In this document: positions 8,671 through 18,338 of the stretch, piece after piece | Layout: each line of letters starts with the position of its first letter | How positions within the stretch are numbered: position 1 is the stretch's first letter | DNA from: Chloroflexota bacterium | GTDB lineage: Bacteria > Chloroflexota > Dehalococcoidia > DSTF01 > JACRBR01 | Reading direction: 5' to 3' | NCBI GenBank assembly: GCA_028872875.1 | Contig: JAGWOC010000006.1 | Coordinates: 7,796 to 71,795, forward strand | DNA: 64,000 bases | The notes under the pieces: generated by a model | Seen by the model: only the letters and a program-made list of their open reading frames with translations | What the model was told of the DNA's origin: nothing | The model's database searches: none | Position numbers and translations under genes: made by a program

Positions 8671-9923
8671 CCACGGCGATCGTCGGCGCGACGCTGATCG
8701 ACGGCACCGGCGCCGATCCCGTCCCGGACGCGACGGTGATCGTCGATGAGCACGGCCGCATCGTGCGGGCCGGCCTGGGCATCGACCCGCCGCGCGACGC
8801 CGAAGTCATCGACGCCGCGGGCGGCACGCTGATGCCCGGCATGATCGACTGCCACGTGCACCTGTACGGGAAGGTGGCGCCGCTGCAGGAGCGCCTCCTC
8901 ACGCCGCCGAGCCTCGCGCTCTTCTATGGCGCCCGCAACGCCCTCCGCACGCTCGACGCCGGCATCACCACCGTGCGCGACGCCGGGGGCTCGCCGGCGG
9001 GATTCAAGATGGCGATCGAACGCGGGCTCATCCCGGGCCCGCGTATCCGCATCGCCGTCGCCATGCTCTCGCAGACGGGCGGCCACGGCGACGCGATGAT
9101 GCCCTCCGGCGCAGCGACGGGCGCGCGGGCGGGGCCCGAGTGGCCCGAGCACGTCGTCGATGGCGCGGACGAGGTGCGCCGCGCCGTGCGCCAGCTCCTG
9201 CGCGCGGGGGCCGACTTCATCAAGCTGGCCGCGAGCGGCGGCGTCCTGTCGCCCAGCGACGAGCCCGGCCACACCGCCTTCACCCCAGAGGAGATCGCGG
9301 TCATGGTCTACGAGGCGCGCGCGGCCGGCAAGACGTGCATGGCGCACGCCCAGGGCACCGAAGGCATCCGCAACGCCGTCGAGGCCGGCGTCGAATCGAT
9401 CGAGCACGGCATCTTCCTCGACGACGCCGCGATCGCCGAGATGCGGCGCCGGCGCACATTCCTCGTGCCGACGCTCGTCGCGCCGGTGTGGGTGCTGCGC
9501 CACGCCGAGCGTGCGCCCGGCAGCGTGCTGCCACAGGCCGTCCGCAAGACCAGGGAAGTGATGGATGCGCACAAGGCAAGCTTCGTGCGCGCGGCGGCCG
9601 CCGGCGTGCGCATCGCCATGGGCACCGACAGCGGCGTCGGGCACCACGGCTCGAACGCCGAAGAGCTCGAACGCATGGTCGAAGGCGGCCTGACGCCCAT
9701 GCAGGCGATCGTCGCGGCGACGAAGGCCGCCAGCGAGTGCGTCCACATGCAGCACGAGGTCGGCACGATCGAGCCCGGCAAGCTCGCGGACCTCCTCATC
9801 ATCGAGGGCGACCCGCTCGCGGAGATCGGCATCCTGCGCGACGCGAAACGCCTCGCGCTGATCATGCAGGGCGGCCGCGCCCACAAGAACCGCCTGCCCA
9901 CGCGGCCAGGCGCTACCGCGTAG
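8667..9923 (+). CDS. Metal-dependent amidohydrolase (imidazolonepropionase/prolidase-like)
   Basis: PGMIDCHVH, GITTVRDAG, SIEHG, MGTDSG, GKLADL; ATGA overlap with upstream gene. Confidence 0.92.
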   Translation: MTTAIVGATLIDGTGADPVPDATVIVDEHGRIVRAGLGIDPPRDAEVIDAAGGTLMPGMIDCHVHLYGKVAPLQERLLTPPSLALFYGARNALRTLDAGITTVRDAGGSPAGFKMAIERGLIPGPRIRIAVAMLSQTGGHGDAMMPSGAATGARAGPEWPEHVVDGADEVRRAVRQLLRAGADFIKLAASGGVLSPSDEPGHTAFTPEEIAVMVYEARAAGKTCMAHAQGTEGIRNAVEAGVESIEHGIFLDDAAIAEMRRRRTFLVPTLVAPVWVLRHAERAPGSVLPQAVRKTREVMDAHKASFVRAAAAGVRIAMGTDSGVGHHGSNAEELERMVEGGLTPMQAIVAATKAASECVHMQHEVGTIEPGKLADLLIIEGDPLAEIGILRDAKRLALIMQGGRAHKNRLPTRPGATA

Positions 9924-9951
9924 CCGGACATCGCGAACGAAAGGGTGATAC

Positions 9952-10905
9952 TTGGCCATCGAGATCACACCGCACATCATCAGCCTGCACGTCGATCTGC
10001 CGTGGTTCCCGCAGCCCTACCCGCCCAACGTCTTCCTGATCCGCGACGGCGGCGAGGCCGCGCTCATCGATAGCGGCTTCAGCGACGACGACTCGTACGA
10101 CAAGCGCATCGCACTGCTGGGCGAGTTGGGCATCAGGATGCGCGACGGTGCAGCCCCGGCCCGGTCCGCGCTGACGTACATCATCCTGACGCACCACCAC
10201 TACGACCACGCGAGCGGCGCCTACCGCCTGCGCGCCGCGACGGGCGCGCAGGTCGTCGTCCACCGCGACGAAGAGGCGCTGCTCCTCTCGCCCGAGGACG
10301 AGACGGGCGACCTGGAGATCCCGGAGGACCAGAAGGAGGCGCGCGCGCGGGCGAAGCAGTGGCGGGAAGACGCGGCGAAGGCCACGCCCGACGTGCGCGT
10401 CGCCGATGGCGATGTGCTGCGCGTCGGCGCGCTGCACCTGCGCTGTGTGCACGCGCCGGGCCACACCGCCGGCCACCTCTGCATCTTCCTCGAAGAAGAG
10501 CGCGCGCTGTTCGCCGGTGACAACGTGCTCGGCGTCGGCACCGCCGCGATCTCGCCGCCGCCGCACGGCGACATGGCGGAGTACATCCGCTCGCTGCGCA
10601 AGATGCAGGCGCTCGATGCGGCGCTGCTCCTGCCCGGCCACGGACCCGTGGTGAGGGAGCCGAACCGCAAGATCCAGGAGCTCATCGACCATCGGCGACA
10701 GCGCGAGGACCAGATCGTCGCGCTCATCGCGCAGGGCAAGGACAGCGTCAAGACGCTGGTGAAGGCGATCTACCCGGAGCTCGACAAGCGCCTCAACGGC
10801 ATGGCCACGGGCCAGATCATCTCCCACCTTCACAAGCTCCAGTCCGAGGGCAAGCTGCGGCTCGAAGGCAAGGGCGAGGAGATGCGGGTGGTGGGCCGGC
10901 AGTAG
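9952..10905 (+). CDS. MBL-fold metallo-hydrolase (LACTB2-like, C-terminal winged helix)
   Basis: THHHYDH, PGHTAGH, FAGD, PGHGP motifs. Confidence 0.88.
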   Translation: MAIEITPHIISLHVDLPWFPQPYPPNVFLIRDGGEAALIDSGFSDDDSYDKRIALLGELGIRMRDGAAPARSALTYIILTHHHYDHASGAYRLRAATGAQVVVHRDEEALLLSPEDETGDLEIPEDQKEARARAKQWREDAAKATPDVRVADGDVLRVGALHLRCVHAPGHTAGHLCIFLEEERALFAGDNVLGVGTAAISPPPHGDMAEYIRSLRKMQALDAALLLPGHGPVVREPNRKIQELIDHRRQREDQIVALIAQGKDSVKTLVKAIYPELDKRLNGMATGQIISHLHKLQSEGKLRLEGKGEEMRVVGRQ

Positions 10906-10911
10906 CGATGG

Positions 10912-11037
10912 CGGGCGGGCACATGGGCCCGCCGGGCGGGCAACGGGCGGGCACATGGGCCCGCCCCTACGGTGTGCGCGGGCGCAGGCCGGGCTGGCCC
11001 GGCCTCTCACCTCTAACCTCTAACCTCCAACATCTAG
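10912..11037 (-). repeat. Two GTAG-type REP-like palindromes plus a heptamer tandem array
   Basis: CGGGCGGGCACATGGGCCCGCC twice (10912, 10944; second ends CCTAC, i.e. GTAG on minus strand); CCTCT(A/C)A-type heptamers 11003-11037. Confidence 0.7.
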
Positions 11038-12275
11038 ATCAGGTGGCCCATCTTCGTGCGCTTCGTCTCGAGGTAGCGCAGGTTGTGCGGGTTGGGTTCC
11101 GCGATCACGGACACGCGCTCGACGACGCGCAGGCCGTAGCCCTCGAGCCCCGCGCGCTTCTCCGGGTTGTTCGTGATCAGTCGCAGGTCGCGCAGGCCCA
11201 GGTCGACGAGGATCTGCATGCCGATGCCGTAGTCGCGGCGGTCGGCGGGGAAGCCCAGCGCCTCGTTCGCCTCCACGGTGTCCATGCCCTTGTCCTGCAG
11301 GTTGTACGCCTTGATCTTGTTGTGGAGGCCGATGCCGCGGCCCTCCTGGCGCATGTACACCACGACGCCGCGCCCCGCCGCCTCGATCATGCGCATCGCC
11401 AGGTGGAGCTGCTCGCCGCAGTCGCAGCGCCGCGAGCCGAAGACGTCGCCCGTCACGCACTGGCTGTGGACGCGCACCAGCACGGGCTCGTCTCCGCCCA
11501 CGTCGCCGAACACGAGCGCCACGTGCTCGTCGGGGTCCGTCAGCGCCCTGTAGGCGATGCACTGCCACTCGCCGTACTCCGTCGGCAGTACGGTCTCGGC
11601 GACGCGCCGCACCAGCTTCTCCTTGTGCATCCGGTACTGGATGAGCTGCGTGACGCTGATGATCTTCAGGCTGTGCTTCTTCCCGAAGCGCTTGAGCTGC
11701 GGCAGGCGCGACATCGTCCCGTCGTCGTTCATGATCTCGCACAGCACACCCGCCGGGTACAGCCCCGCGAGCTTGCAGAGGTCAACCGTCGCCTCGGTCT
11801 GGCCCGCCCGCACCAGCACGCCGCCCTCGCGCGCCCGCAGCGGGAAGATGTGGCCCGGCATCACGAGGTCGTTCGGTCGCGTCTTCGGGTCGATGAGCAC
11901 CTGCGCCGTGCGCGCGCGGTCCGCGGCCGAGATGCCCGTCGTGACGCCGTAGCGCGCCTCGACACCGACGGTGAACGGCGTGCCGAAGTGCGAGTCGTTG
12001 TGGTTCACCATCATCGGGATGTGGAGCTGTTCGAGCCGCTCCGCGGTCATCGGCACGCAGACAAGGCCGCGGCCGTAGCGCGCCATGAAGTTGATCGCCT
12101 CGGGCGTGCAGAACTGGGCGGGGATCGTCAGGTCGCCTTCGTTCTCGCGGTCCTCATCGTCGATGATGATCACGAAGCGGCCGTTGCGGTACTCCTCGAT
12201 GGCCTCCTCGACCGTGGCGAGCCCCTTCGCGCGAAGCGCTTCCTTCCGGCTGATCCGCGGCAGTTCCTGTTGCAC
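11034..12275 (-). CDS. ribBA: Bifunctional DHBP synthase / GTP cyclohydrolase II
   Basis: [52 protein letters not shown]; GTG start after GGAAGGAG. Confidence 0.97.
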   Translation of the reverse strand: MQQELPRISRKEALRAKGLATVEEAIEEYRNGRFVIIIDDEDRENEGDLTIPAQFCTPEAINFMARYGRGLVCVPMTAERLEQLHIPMMVNHNDSHFGTPFTVGVEARYGVTTGISAADRARTAQVLIDPKTRPNDLVMPGHIFPLRAREGGVLVRAGQTEATVDLCKLAGLYPAGVLCEIMNDDGTMSRLPQLKRFGKKHSLKIISVTQLIQYRMHKEKLVRRVAETVLPTEYGEWQCIAYRALTDPDEHVALVFGDVGGDEPVLVRVHSQCVTGDVFGSRRCDCGEQLHLAMRMIEAAGRGVVVYMRQEGRGIGLHNKIKAYNLQDKGMDTVEANEALGFPADRRDYGIGMQILVDLGLRDLRLITNNPEKRAGLEGYGLRVVERVSVIAEPNPHNLRYLETKRTKMGHLI

Positions 12276-12304
12276 GTCTCCTTCCCGGTTCGTAGGTGGA
12301 TCCG

Positions 12305-12904
12305 TCACGAAGACACCGCCGCCCCGCGACGATCCGCGACCATCTGCTCCACGTAGCGTGCGATGATGTCCGTCTCGATATTCACCCGATCCCCCGGCCG
12401 CCGCACGTGCAGGTTGGTGTGATCCTGCGTGTACTGCACGAGCGACACCGCGAACGAGCGGTCGTCCTTGTCCACCACCGTCAGACTGATGCCGTCAATC
12501 GCCACCGGCCCCTTGACGATCATGTGCCGCAGGATGTCCGGCGGGGCGTCGAAGCGCGCCACGATCGCCTCGCCCTCCCGCGTGAACGACGCGACCGTCG
12601 CCGTCGCCTCGACGACGCCGCGCACGAGGTGGCCGCTGACGCGCCCGGCGAGCTGCAGCGAGCGCTCGAGGTTCACCGGGTCGCCCGGCTTGAGGTCGCC
12701 GAGGTTGCTGCGGCGGTAGGTCTCCGGCATCACGTTCGCCGAGAAGCCCTCCTCGTCGAAGTGCTTCGCCGTCAGGTCCACGCCGTTGACCGAGATGCTG
12801 TCGCCGAGGTTCGTGCCCCACAGCACCTTCTTCGCGGCGATCTTCAGCTCGCCCTCGCGGGCGCTGCGGACGCTGCCGACCTCTTCGATGATGCCGGTGA
12901 ACAT
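12305..12904 (-). CDS. ribE: Riboflavin synthase (alpha chain)
   Basis: [11 protein letters not shown]-terminus, [26 protein letters not shown]. Confidence 0.96.
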   Translation of the reverse strand: MFTGIIEEVGSVRSAREGELKIAAKKVLWGTNLGDSISVNGVDLTAKHFDEEGFSANVMPETYRRSNLGDLKPGDPVNLERSLQLAGRVSGHLVRGVVEATATVASFTREGEAIVARFDAPPDILRHMIVKGPVAIDGISLTVVDKDDRSFAVSLVQYTQDHTNLHVRRPGDRVNIETDIIARYVEQMVADRRGAAVSS

Positions 12905-12925
12905 CAACCCTCCGGAGTTCGTGTC

Positions 12926-12954
12926 ATGCTAACAATAAGTACCCAACGCGTCAA
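12926..12954 (-). promoter_or_regulatory. Sigma70-type promoter for ribE-ribBA
   Basis: Minus strand TTGACG-N17-TAGCAT with TG extension, 21 nt upstream of the ATG. Confidence 0.7.
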
Positions 12955-13166
12955 TCGCTGGCCGACGGTCCTGCGGAAATCGCAGGGGCCAACCGATCAC
13001 CGGGCGAAAACCTTCGCATTGCCACTGCAGCCGGATCTTCGAGCGCCCTGCCGCCGTCCCTCATTGTACCCGTCACGCCGGCACGGCACGACGGGGCCAG
13101 ATTGACAGCACACGCCCATCGATGGGAAGCTGACGCCCAACTACAGGGCTGTGCAGGAGGATCATC

Positions 13167-14480
13167 ATGGACTGGCGCACACGCTATGCGGATCGCCTGG
13201 TGGCCGCCGAGGACGCGGCGCGCGTCGTGGCCTCCGGCGACAAGGTGTGGGTCGGCATGTTCACCAGCAACCCGGAGACGCTCGCGACCGCACTCTACGC
13301 GCGCAAGGACGAGCTGCGCGGCGTGACGATCCACCACTACGTCTCGCCGTTCGTCTGGGCGACCCCCGAATCCGCCGGCGCGTTCACGCTCGTCAGCGCG
13401 TTCACGACGCCGGCCGACCGCGGCCAGGTAAACGCCGGCACGGCCGAGTATCTGCCGCTCGGCAACTTCCGCGAGAGCTGGATCAAGGAGGCGGTCGGCC
13501 CCTTCGATGTCGCGCTTGTCAAGACGTCGCCGCCGGACGAGCACGGCTACATGAGCTTCGGCAGCGCGCTCTGGGCAAACCGCACGATGTGCGACGTTTC
13601 GCGCCAGATCGTCTGCGAGGTCGACGAGCGCCTCATCCGCACCTACGGCGAGAACTACCTGCACATCTCCGAGGTCACGCGACTCGCCGAGCACCGCGTG
13701 GCCGACGACCGGGAGCCGCCGATCCCGCCGCGCACGGACGAGGTGATCCTGGCCGCCGAGGTGATCTGCACCCTCGTCGCGAGCGAGCTGGTGCGCGACG
13801 GCGACACGTTGCAGATGGGCATCGGCGACGTCACGTCCGCGATGGCGCTCTATCTTGGCGACAAGCATGACCTGGGCATCCAGACGGAGCTGATCACCGG
13901 CGGCGTGGCCGCGCTCGTCGAGCAGGGCGTGGTGACGGGCAGGCGCAAGGACGTCGCGCCGGGCAGGGTCGTCGGGTCGGCCCTGGTGCAGGTGCCGCGC
14001 GAGGAGCTGGAGATGGTGCATCAGAACCCCCGGTTCGAGCTGTGGGACTTCTGCCACACCGACGACCTGCGCACCCTCGTCCGCGAGACGAACCTCGTCG
14101 CCATCAACAACGCGCTCCAGATCGACCTCACCGGCCAGGTCACCGCCGAGACCCTGAACGGACAGGTCTACAGCGGGCCGGGCGGGCAGAGCGTGTTCGC
14201 GGCCGCGGCATCGTACAGCGAGGGCGGGCGCTCGATCATCGCTGTGCCGTCCAGCTCGACGGTGGCGGGCGAGCGCTGCTCCCGCATCGTCCCGTTTCTG
14301 GCGCCGGGCTCGATGGTGACGGTGCCGCGCACGTTCGTCGACTACGTGGTGACCGAACACGGCATCGCCACGCTCCGCGGCAAGACCGTGCGTCAGCGCA
14401 CGGAGGAGATGATCGCCATCGCGCACCCGGACTTCCGCGCCGAGCTGCGGACCGAGGCCCAGCGGCTACGCTACCTCTGA
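13167..14480 (+). CDS. Acetyl-CoA hydrolase/transferase (4-hydroxybutyrate CoA-transferase-like)
   Basis: DGDTLQMGIG, LGIQTE, AINNALQIDLTGQV, SGPGGQ, DYVVTEHGIATLRGKT, IAHPDFR. Confidence 0.92.
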   Translation: MDWRTRYADRLVAAEDAARVVASGDKVWVGMFTSNPETLATALYARKDELRGVTIHHYVSPFVWATPESAGAFTLVSAFTTPADRGQVNAGTAEYLPLGNFRESWIKEAVGPFDVALVKTSPPDEHGYMSFGSALWANRTMCDVSRQIVCEVDERLIRTYGENYLHISEVTRLAEHRVADDREPPIPPRTDEVILAAEVICTLVASELVRDGDTLQMGIGDVTSAMALYLGDKHDLGIQTELITGGVAALVEQGVVTGRRKDVAPGRVVGSALVQVPREELEMVHQNPRFELWDFCHTDDLRTLVRETNLVAINNALQIDLTGQVTAETLNGQVYSGPGGQSVFAAAASYSEGGRSIIAVPSSSTVAGERCSRIVPFLAPGSMVTVPRTFVDYVVTEHGIATLRGKTVRQRTEEMIAIAHPDFRAELRTEAQRLRYL

Positions 14481-14489
14481 GGCCGGGCG

Positions 14490-15593
14490 TCAGGCATCGC
14501 CGCGCGCCGCGACGTACCCCACGATCGCGACGTCATCACCGAGGCGCTGTACCTCCACGTCGTGCAGCGCGATCGCGTCCGCCATGCGCGCGACGCCCGT
14601 CCCGGCCACCGCCGGGTAGCGCATGCCGCCGACGATCTTCGGCGCGATAATCGCGTGCACCTTATCGGCGAGCCCGGCGGCGAACAGGCTCGCGTGCAGC
14701 ACGCCGCCGCCCTCGACCAGCAGCGTCAGCACGCCGCGCTCGCCCAGCGCGCGCAGCAGCGCCGCCAGGTCGACGCGCCCGCGCGCGTCCGGCGGCAGCA
14801 CGAGCGCCTCCGCGCCCGCGCGCTCGACCGCCGCGCGCCAGTCCGGCGGCGAAGCCCCGGTCGTCGCGATCAGCGTCGCTCCGCCCGGGCTGAGCACCTT
14901 CGCGTCGAGCGGCGTGCGCCCGCGCGAGTCGGCGACGACGCGCAGCGGCTGCCGCGCGGCGGCGACGCCCCCCGGCCGCGCGGTGAGCCGCGGGTCGTCG
15001 AGGAGCACGTTGTTGACGCCGCACAGGATCGCGTCGACGCGCGTGCGAAACTCGTGCGCCCAGGCGCGCGCCGCCTCGCCCGCGACCCAGCGCGAGTCCC
15101 CGCTCGATGCCGCGATCTTGCCGTCGAGCGTAGCCGCGAACTTCGCGACGACGAACGGCAGTCCGGTCGCGCAGTACTTCACGTACCCCTCGAGCAGCCG
15201 GCGCGACTCCGCCTCGCCGTCGCCGACCGTGACCTCGATGCCGGCCGCACGCAGCGCGTCCACGCCGCGCCCCGCGACCAGCGGGTTCGGGTCGAGCGTC
15301 GCCGCGTGCACCGCGCGCACACCGGCCGCGATCAGCGCGTCGGTGCACGGCGGCGTGCGCCCGGTATGCGCGTGGGGCTCGAGCGTGACGTACGCGACGG
15401 CGCCGCGCGCGGCGTCGCCAGCCGCGCGCAGCGCCACCACCTCGGCGTGCGCCTGTCCGGGTGGCTGCGTCGCGCCCTCGCCGACGACGCGGCCTTCGCG
15501 CACGAGGACGCAGCCGACGCTCGGGTTCGGACTCGTGCTGCCCAGCACGGAGGCCGCCAGCTCCAGCGCCCGCCGCATGTACTCCGATGTCAT
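14490..15593 (-). CDS. ribD: Diaminohydroxyphosphoribosylaminopyrimidine deaminase / reductase
   Basis: TSPNPSVG, HAE, TLEP..HTGRTPPC, LDGKIA, LLVEGGG; the first Cys of the usual PCxH motif reads His (EPHAH). Confidence 0.95.
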   Translation of the reverse strand: MTSEYMRRALELAASVLGSTSPNPSVGCVLVREGRVVGEGATQPPGQAHAEVVALRAAGDAARGAVAYVTLEPHAHTGRTPPCTDALIAAGVRAVHAATLDPNPLVAGRGVDALRAAGIEVTVGDGEAESRRLLEGYVKYCATGLPFVVAKFAATLDGKIAASSGDSRWVAGEAARAWAHEFRTRVDAILCGVNNVLLDDPRLTARPGGVAAARQPLRVVADSRGRTPLDAKVLSPGGATLIATTGASPPDWRAAVERAGAEALVLPPDARGRVDLAALLRALGERGVLTLLVEGGGVLHASLFAAGLADKVHAIIAPKIVGGMRYPAVAGTGVARMADAIALHDVEVQRLGDDVAIVGYVAARGDA

Positions 15594-15633
15594 GCTCGCA
15601 GGATAACCCGCCCGCGCGCCACGCCCTTGCGGC

Positions 15634-16869
15634 TCATGGACGAAGCGGCGGCGAGCCCGTGGCCAGCCGCCGGTACAGCGCGTCCATCTTCGCCATCTCG
15701 CGCTCGTTCAGCCCTCGCTCCTCGACGATCCGCCGGTTCAGCTCTACCGCCCGCCTGCGCAGCCCGCTGTCGCGCAGCGCCCGCTCGATGCGCCCGGCGA
15801 GCAGGTCCTGACGATGCAGGGGCACGCGAAGGCCGTTGACGCCGTCCTCGACCAGTTCGCGCTGCGTCGGCAGGTCCGACACGATCGGGAAGCAGCCGGC
15901 GGCCATCGCCTGCAGGAGCGCAACCGAGGTCCCGTCCGACGACGGCACTGAAACGAAGACGTCGGCGGCGTGCAGGGCATCGCGGAACGACGCCCGGTCG
16001 AGGAATCCGGCGAACTCGACCGCAGCGCCCAGCGCCGCCGCCGCGCGCCGCAGCTCCGCGGTCTGCGACCCGCCGTGCGCGACGACGAGCCTCGCGCCCG
16101 GCGCTGCCGCGCGCACGCGCGCGAACGCCGCGATGATCTCGTCGACGTTGTAGAGCGGCTCGTGGGCGCGCGTGCTCAGCACGCACGGCGTCCGCGACGG
16201 CTCCGGCGGGCGCACGTTGACCGAACGTCCGACCTCCTCCATGAAGAAGCGGTCAGCGCCGAGCGTCACCAGCTCGACGCGCTCTCGCGGCGCGCCAAGC
16301 GCGACAAGCCGCTCCGCCATGTAACCGTTGTTCGACGTCAGCAGGTCCGCCCGCCGGATCGTCCACTTCGCGATCGCGCGCGACAGCGGATCACGCTCGG
16401 GCTCGACGAGCACATCCGATCCCCAGCACGTCACGACGTACGGATGGAAGCCCGCCGCCGCGCCGTAGAACCCGTGCTCGACGAGGAAGTGGGCGTGCAG
16501 CACATCCGGCGCGATCGCGCGCACGACGCGCGCCAGTCCCGCGCGCCGGTAGCGCAGCGCCTGCGCCAGCCGGAGGAGCCCGCGCGGCACGCGGGCGAGC
16601 ATCGGCGAAGCACCGCCGGCCGGCCGCGCGGCGTACGCGCCTCGCGGCCCCGGCCGCAGCACGTGCACCGTGACGCCGTCGAGCGGCTCCGCCGGCTCGT
16701 AGAAGCTGATCGCGTGCACGTCGTGCCCGCGGTCGACGGACGAGCGCAGCCACGCGCGCGTGTGCACGCCGTCGAAGTCGCCGAGCACGGCGATCCGCAG
16801 CCCGGGCGGGCCGCCGACAGGCCCGTCTGGGTATGACTTCCTCGCCGGAGTCTCGCCTGCCGCCGCCAA
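15634..16869 (-). CDS. Glycosyltransferase family 4
   Basis: DVLHAH, CWGSDV, DGTSVALLQAMAAGCFPIVSD, VEDGVNG; start codon uncertain (TTG chosen). Confidence 0.85.
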   Translation of the reverse strand: MAAAGETPARKSYPDGPVGGPPGLRIAVLGDFDGVHTRAWLRSSVDRGHDVHAISFYEPAEPLDGVTVHVLRPGPRGAYAARPAGGASPMLARVPRGLLRLAQALRYRRAGLARVVRAIAPDVLHAHFLVEHGFYGAAAGFHPYVVTCWGSDVLVEPERDPLSRAIAKWTIRRADLLTSNNGYMAERLVALGAPRERVELVTLGADRFFMEEVGRSVNVRPPEPSRTPCVLSTRAHEPLYNVDEIIAAFARVRAAAPGARLVVAHGGSQTAELRRAAAALGAAVEFAGFLDRASFRDALHAADVFVSVPSSDGTSVALLQAMAAGCFPIVSDLPTQRELVEDGVNGLRVPLHRQDLLAGRIERALRDSGLRRRAVELNRRIVEERGLNEREMAKMDALYRRLATGSPPLRP

Positions 16870-16871
16870 CG

Positions 16872-18281
16872 TCAGCCACCCGCCCGGCCATACGGCCCGT
16901 CCGGGCGCGCCGCTTCCGGCTCTGCCGCCGACGGGCGCCCGAACCGCGAGACCACGCCGCGCGCCGCGTCGATGTAGAGCCGGGCGTCGCCGGCGCGCGG
17001 CACGACCGCGCCGAGCACCGGCTGCCCCGAGATCCGCCGGTATGCGTACAGCGCCACGCAGAAGTGCGCCGTGTACGCCAGCGACGACGCCCCCGCCGCG
17101 CCGTTCACGCCGAAGGCCGGCACCAGCACGAACAGCGCGACCAGCGTGACCGCGAGCGACGCCACCGTGATCATCGTGTTCACCAGCGGCCGTCCCTGGC
17201 TGAAGATGTAGCTCGTCAGCACCTTCGAACCGGTGAGCGCCACCGTCCCCGGCAGCAGCCACCACAGCGCCTGTACCGAGCCGCGGAAGCCGCTGCCGAA
17301 CACCGCCGGGATGACGAATGCCGCGGCCGCGGCGAGCGCCGCCGCGCCGAGCGCCGCGACCAGCATCGTGTTGCGGCAGGCCACCGGCGCGATCGCGCGC
17401 GCCTCATCGGGGTCGGCCGAGGTGAGCCGCGGCACCAGCACGATCGCCACCGCGTTCGCCAGCAGGAACACCGCCTCGCTCATCGATACGCCGACCGCGT
17501 AGATGCCCACGCCCGCCAGCCCGACGAAGCCGCGGACGATGTACTGGTCGAGCCGGTAGTTCAGCATCTGCAGCGCGTTCCCGCTCTCGCCCTGCACGCC
17601 GAAGCGCGCCAGCCGCCGGATCGTCGCGAGCCTCGGCCGCACGATCTGCGCCACGTCGACGTTCCGCAGGCCGATGCGCAGCAGCGCGAAGCCGGCCACG
17701 CAGACGTGCGCGCCCGTCCAGAAGACGATCACCTGCTCCGGCGTCGGGCTGCCCACGCCCATCGCGACCGCCACGAGCGTCAGCACGACGAGCGGCTGGA
17801 TCACCGTCGCGATGCCCATCTCGACGAAGCGGCTCAGTCCCTGCAGGATCAGCCGCAGTATCGCCGAGTACACCAGCGCCGGCACCGCGAAGATGAACAG
17901 CCAGACCGGCACGCCACCGCCGATTGCGCCCGTGCCGATGAACGGCGCCACCGCCGCGACGAGCGCCGCCGTCACCGCCAGTGACCACAGCACGCTGACG
18001 TGCGCCGCCGCGACGATGTCGCGCAGCGCCATCTCGCGCCGGTTGATGTAGTAGATCGCCGCGCTGCCGATCCCCAGCCCGAGCACGAGCTGCGCGAAGC
18101 CCGCCGACAGCACGAAGATCGCGTAGACGCCGCGCCCGCTCGGCCCCAGCGCCCGCGCGACGAGCGCGCCCTGCGCGAACGCCAGCGCCCCGTCGACCGC
18201 ATACGTCGCCAGCACGACGTTGACGTGCCGGAGGAACGAAGGTGCGGGCAGTGGCGCCGTTTCGGGCAGATCCTCGGTCAT
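16872..18281 (-). CDS. Oligosaccharide flippase / polysaccharide biosynthesis protein (Wzx-like)
   Basis: Polytopic; ARALGPSGRG, NYRLDQ, VGIYAVG, LVPAFGVNGAAGA motifs. Confidence 0.88.
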   Translation of the reverse strand: MTEDLPETAPLPAPSFLRHVNVVLATYAVDGALAFAQGALVARALGPSGRGVYAIFVLSAGFAQLVLGLGIGSAAIYYINRREMALRDIVAAAHVSVLWSLAVTAALVAAVAPFIGTGAIGGGVPVWLFIFAVPALVYSAILRLILQGLSRFVEMGIATVIQPLVVLTLVAVAMGVGSPTPEQVIVFWTGAHVCVAGFALLRIGLRNVDVAQIVRPRLATIRRLARFGVQGESGNALQMLNYRLDQYIVRGFVGLAGVGIYAVGVSMSEAVFLLANAVAIVLVPRLTSADPDEARAIAPVACRNTMLVAALGAAALAAAAAFVIPAVFGSGFRGSVQALWWLLPGTVALTGSKVLTSYIFSQGRPLVNTMITVASLAVTLVALFVLVPAFGVNGAAGASSLAYTAHFCVALYAYRRISGQPVLGAVVPRAGDARLYIDAARGVVSRFGRPSAAEPEAARPDGPYGRAGG

Positions 18282-18338
18282 CGCCGGGATTGTATCGGGC
18301 GGACAGGAGGCGCGACGCGGCACACCGGCCCCGTGGGG

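Noticed and set aside
9952-10905. Metallo-beta-lactamase resistance gene
   Set aside because: No signal peptide; LACTB2-like architecture with C-terminal winged helix
12905-13166. FMN riboswitch upstream of ribE
   Set aside because: No AGGGCGGGGTGAAATTCCC-like core; the promoter leaves only a very short leader
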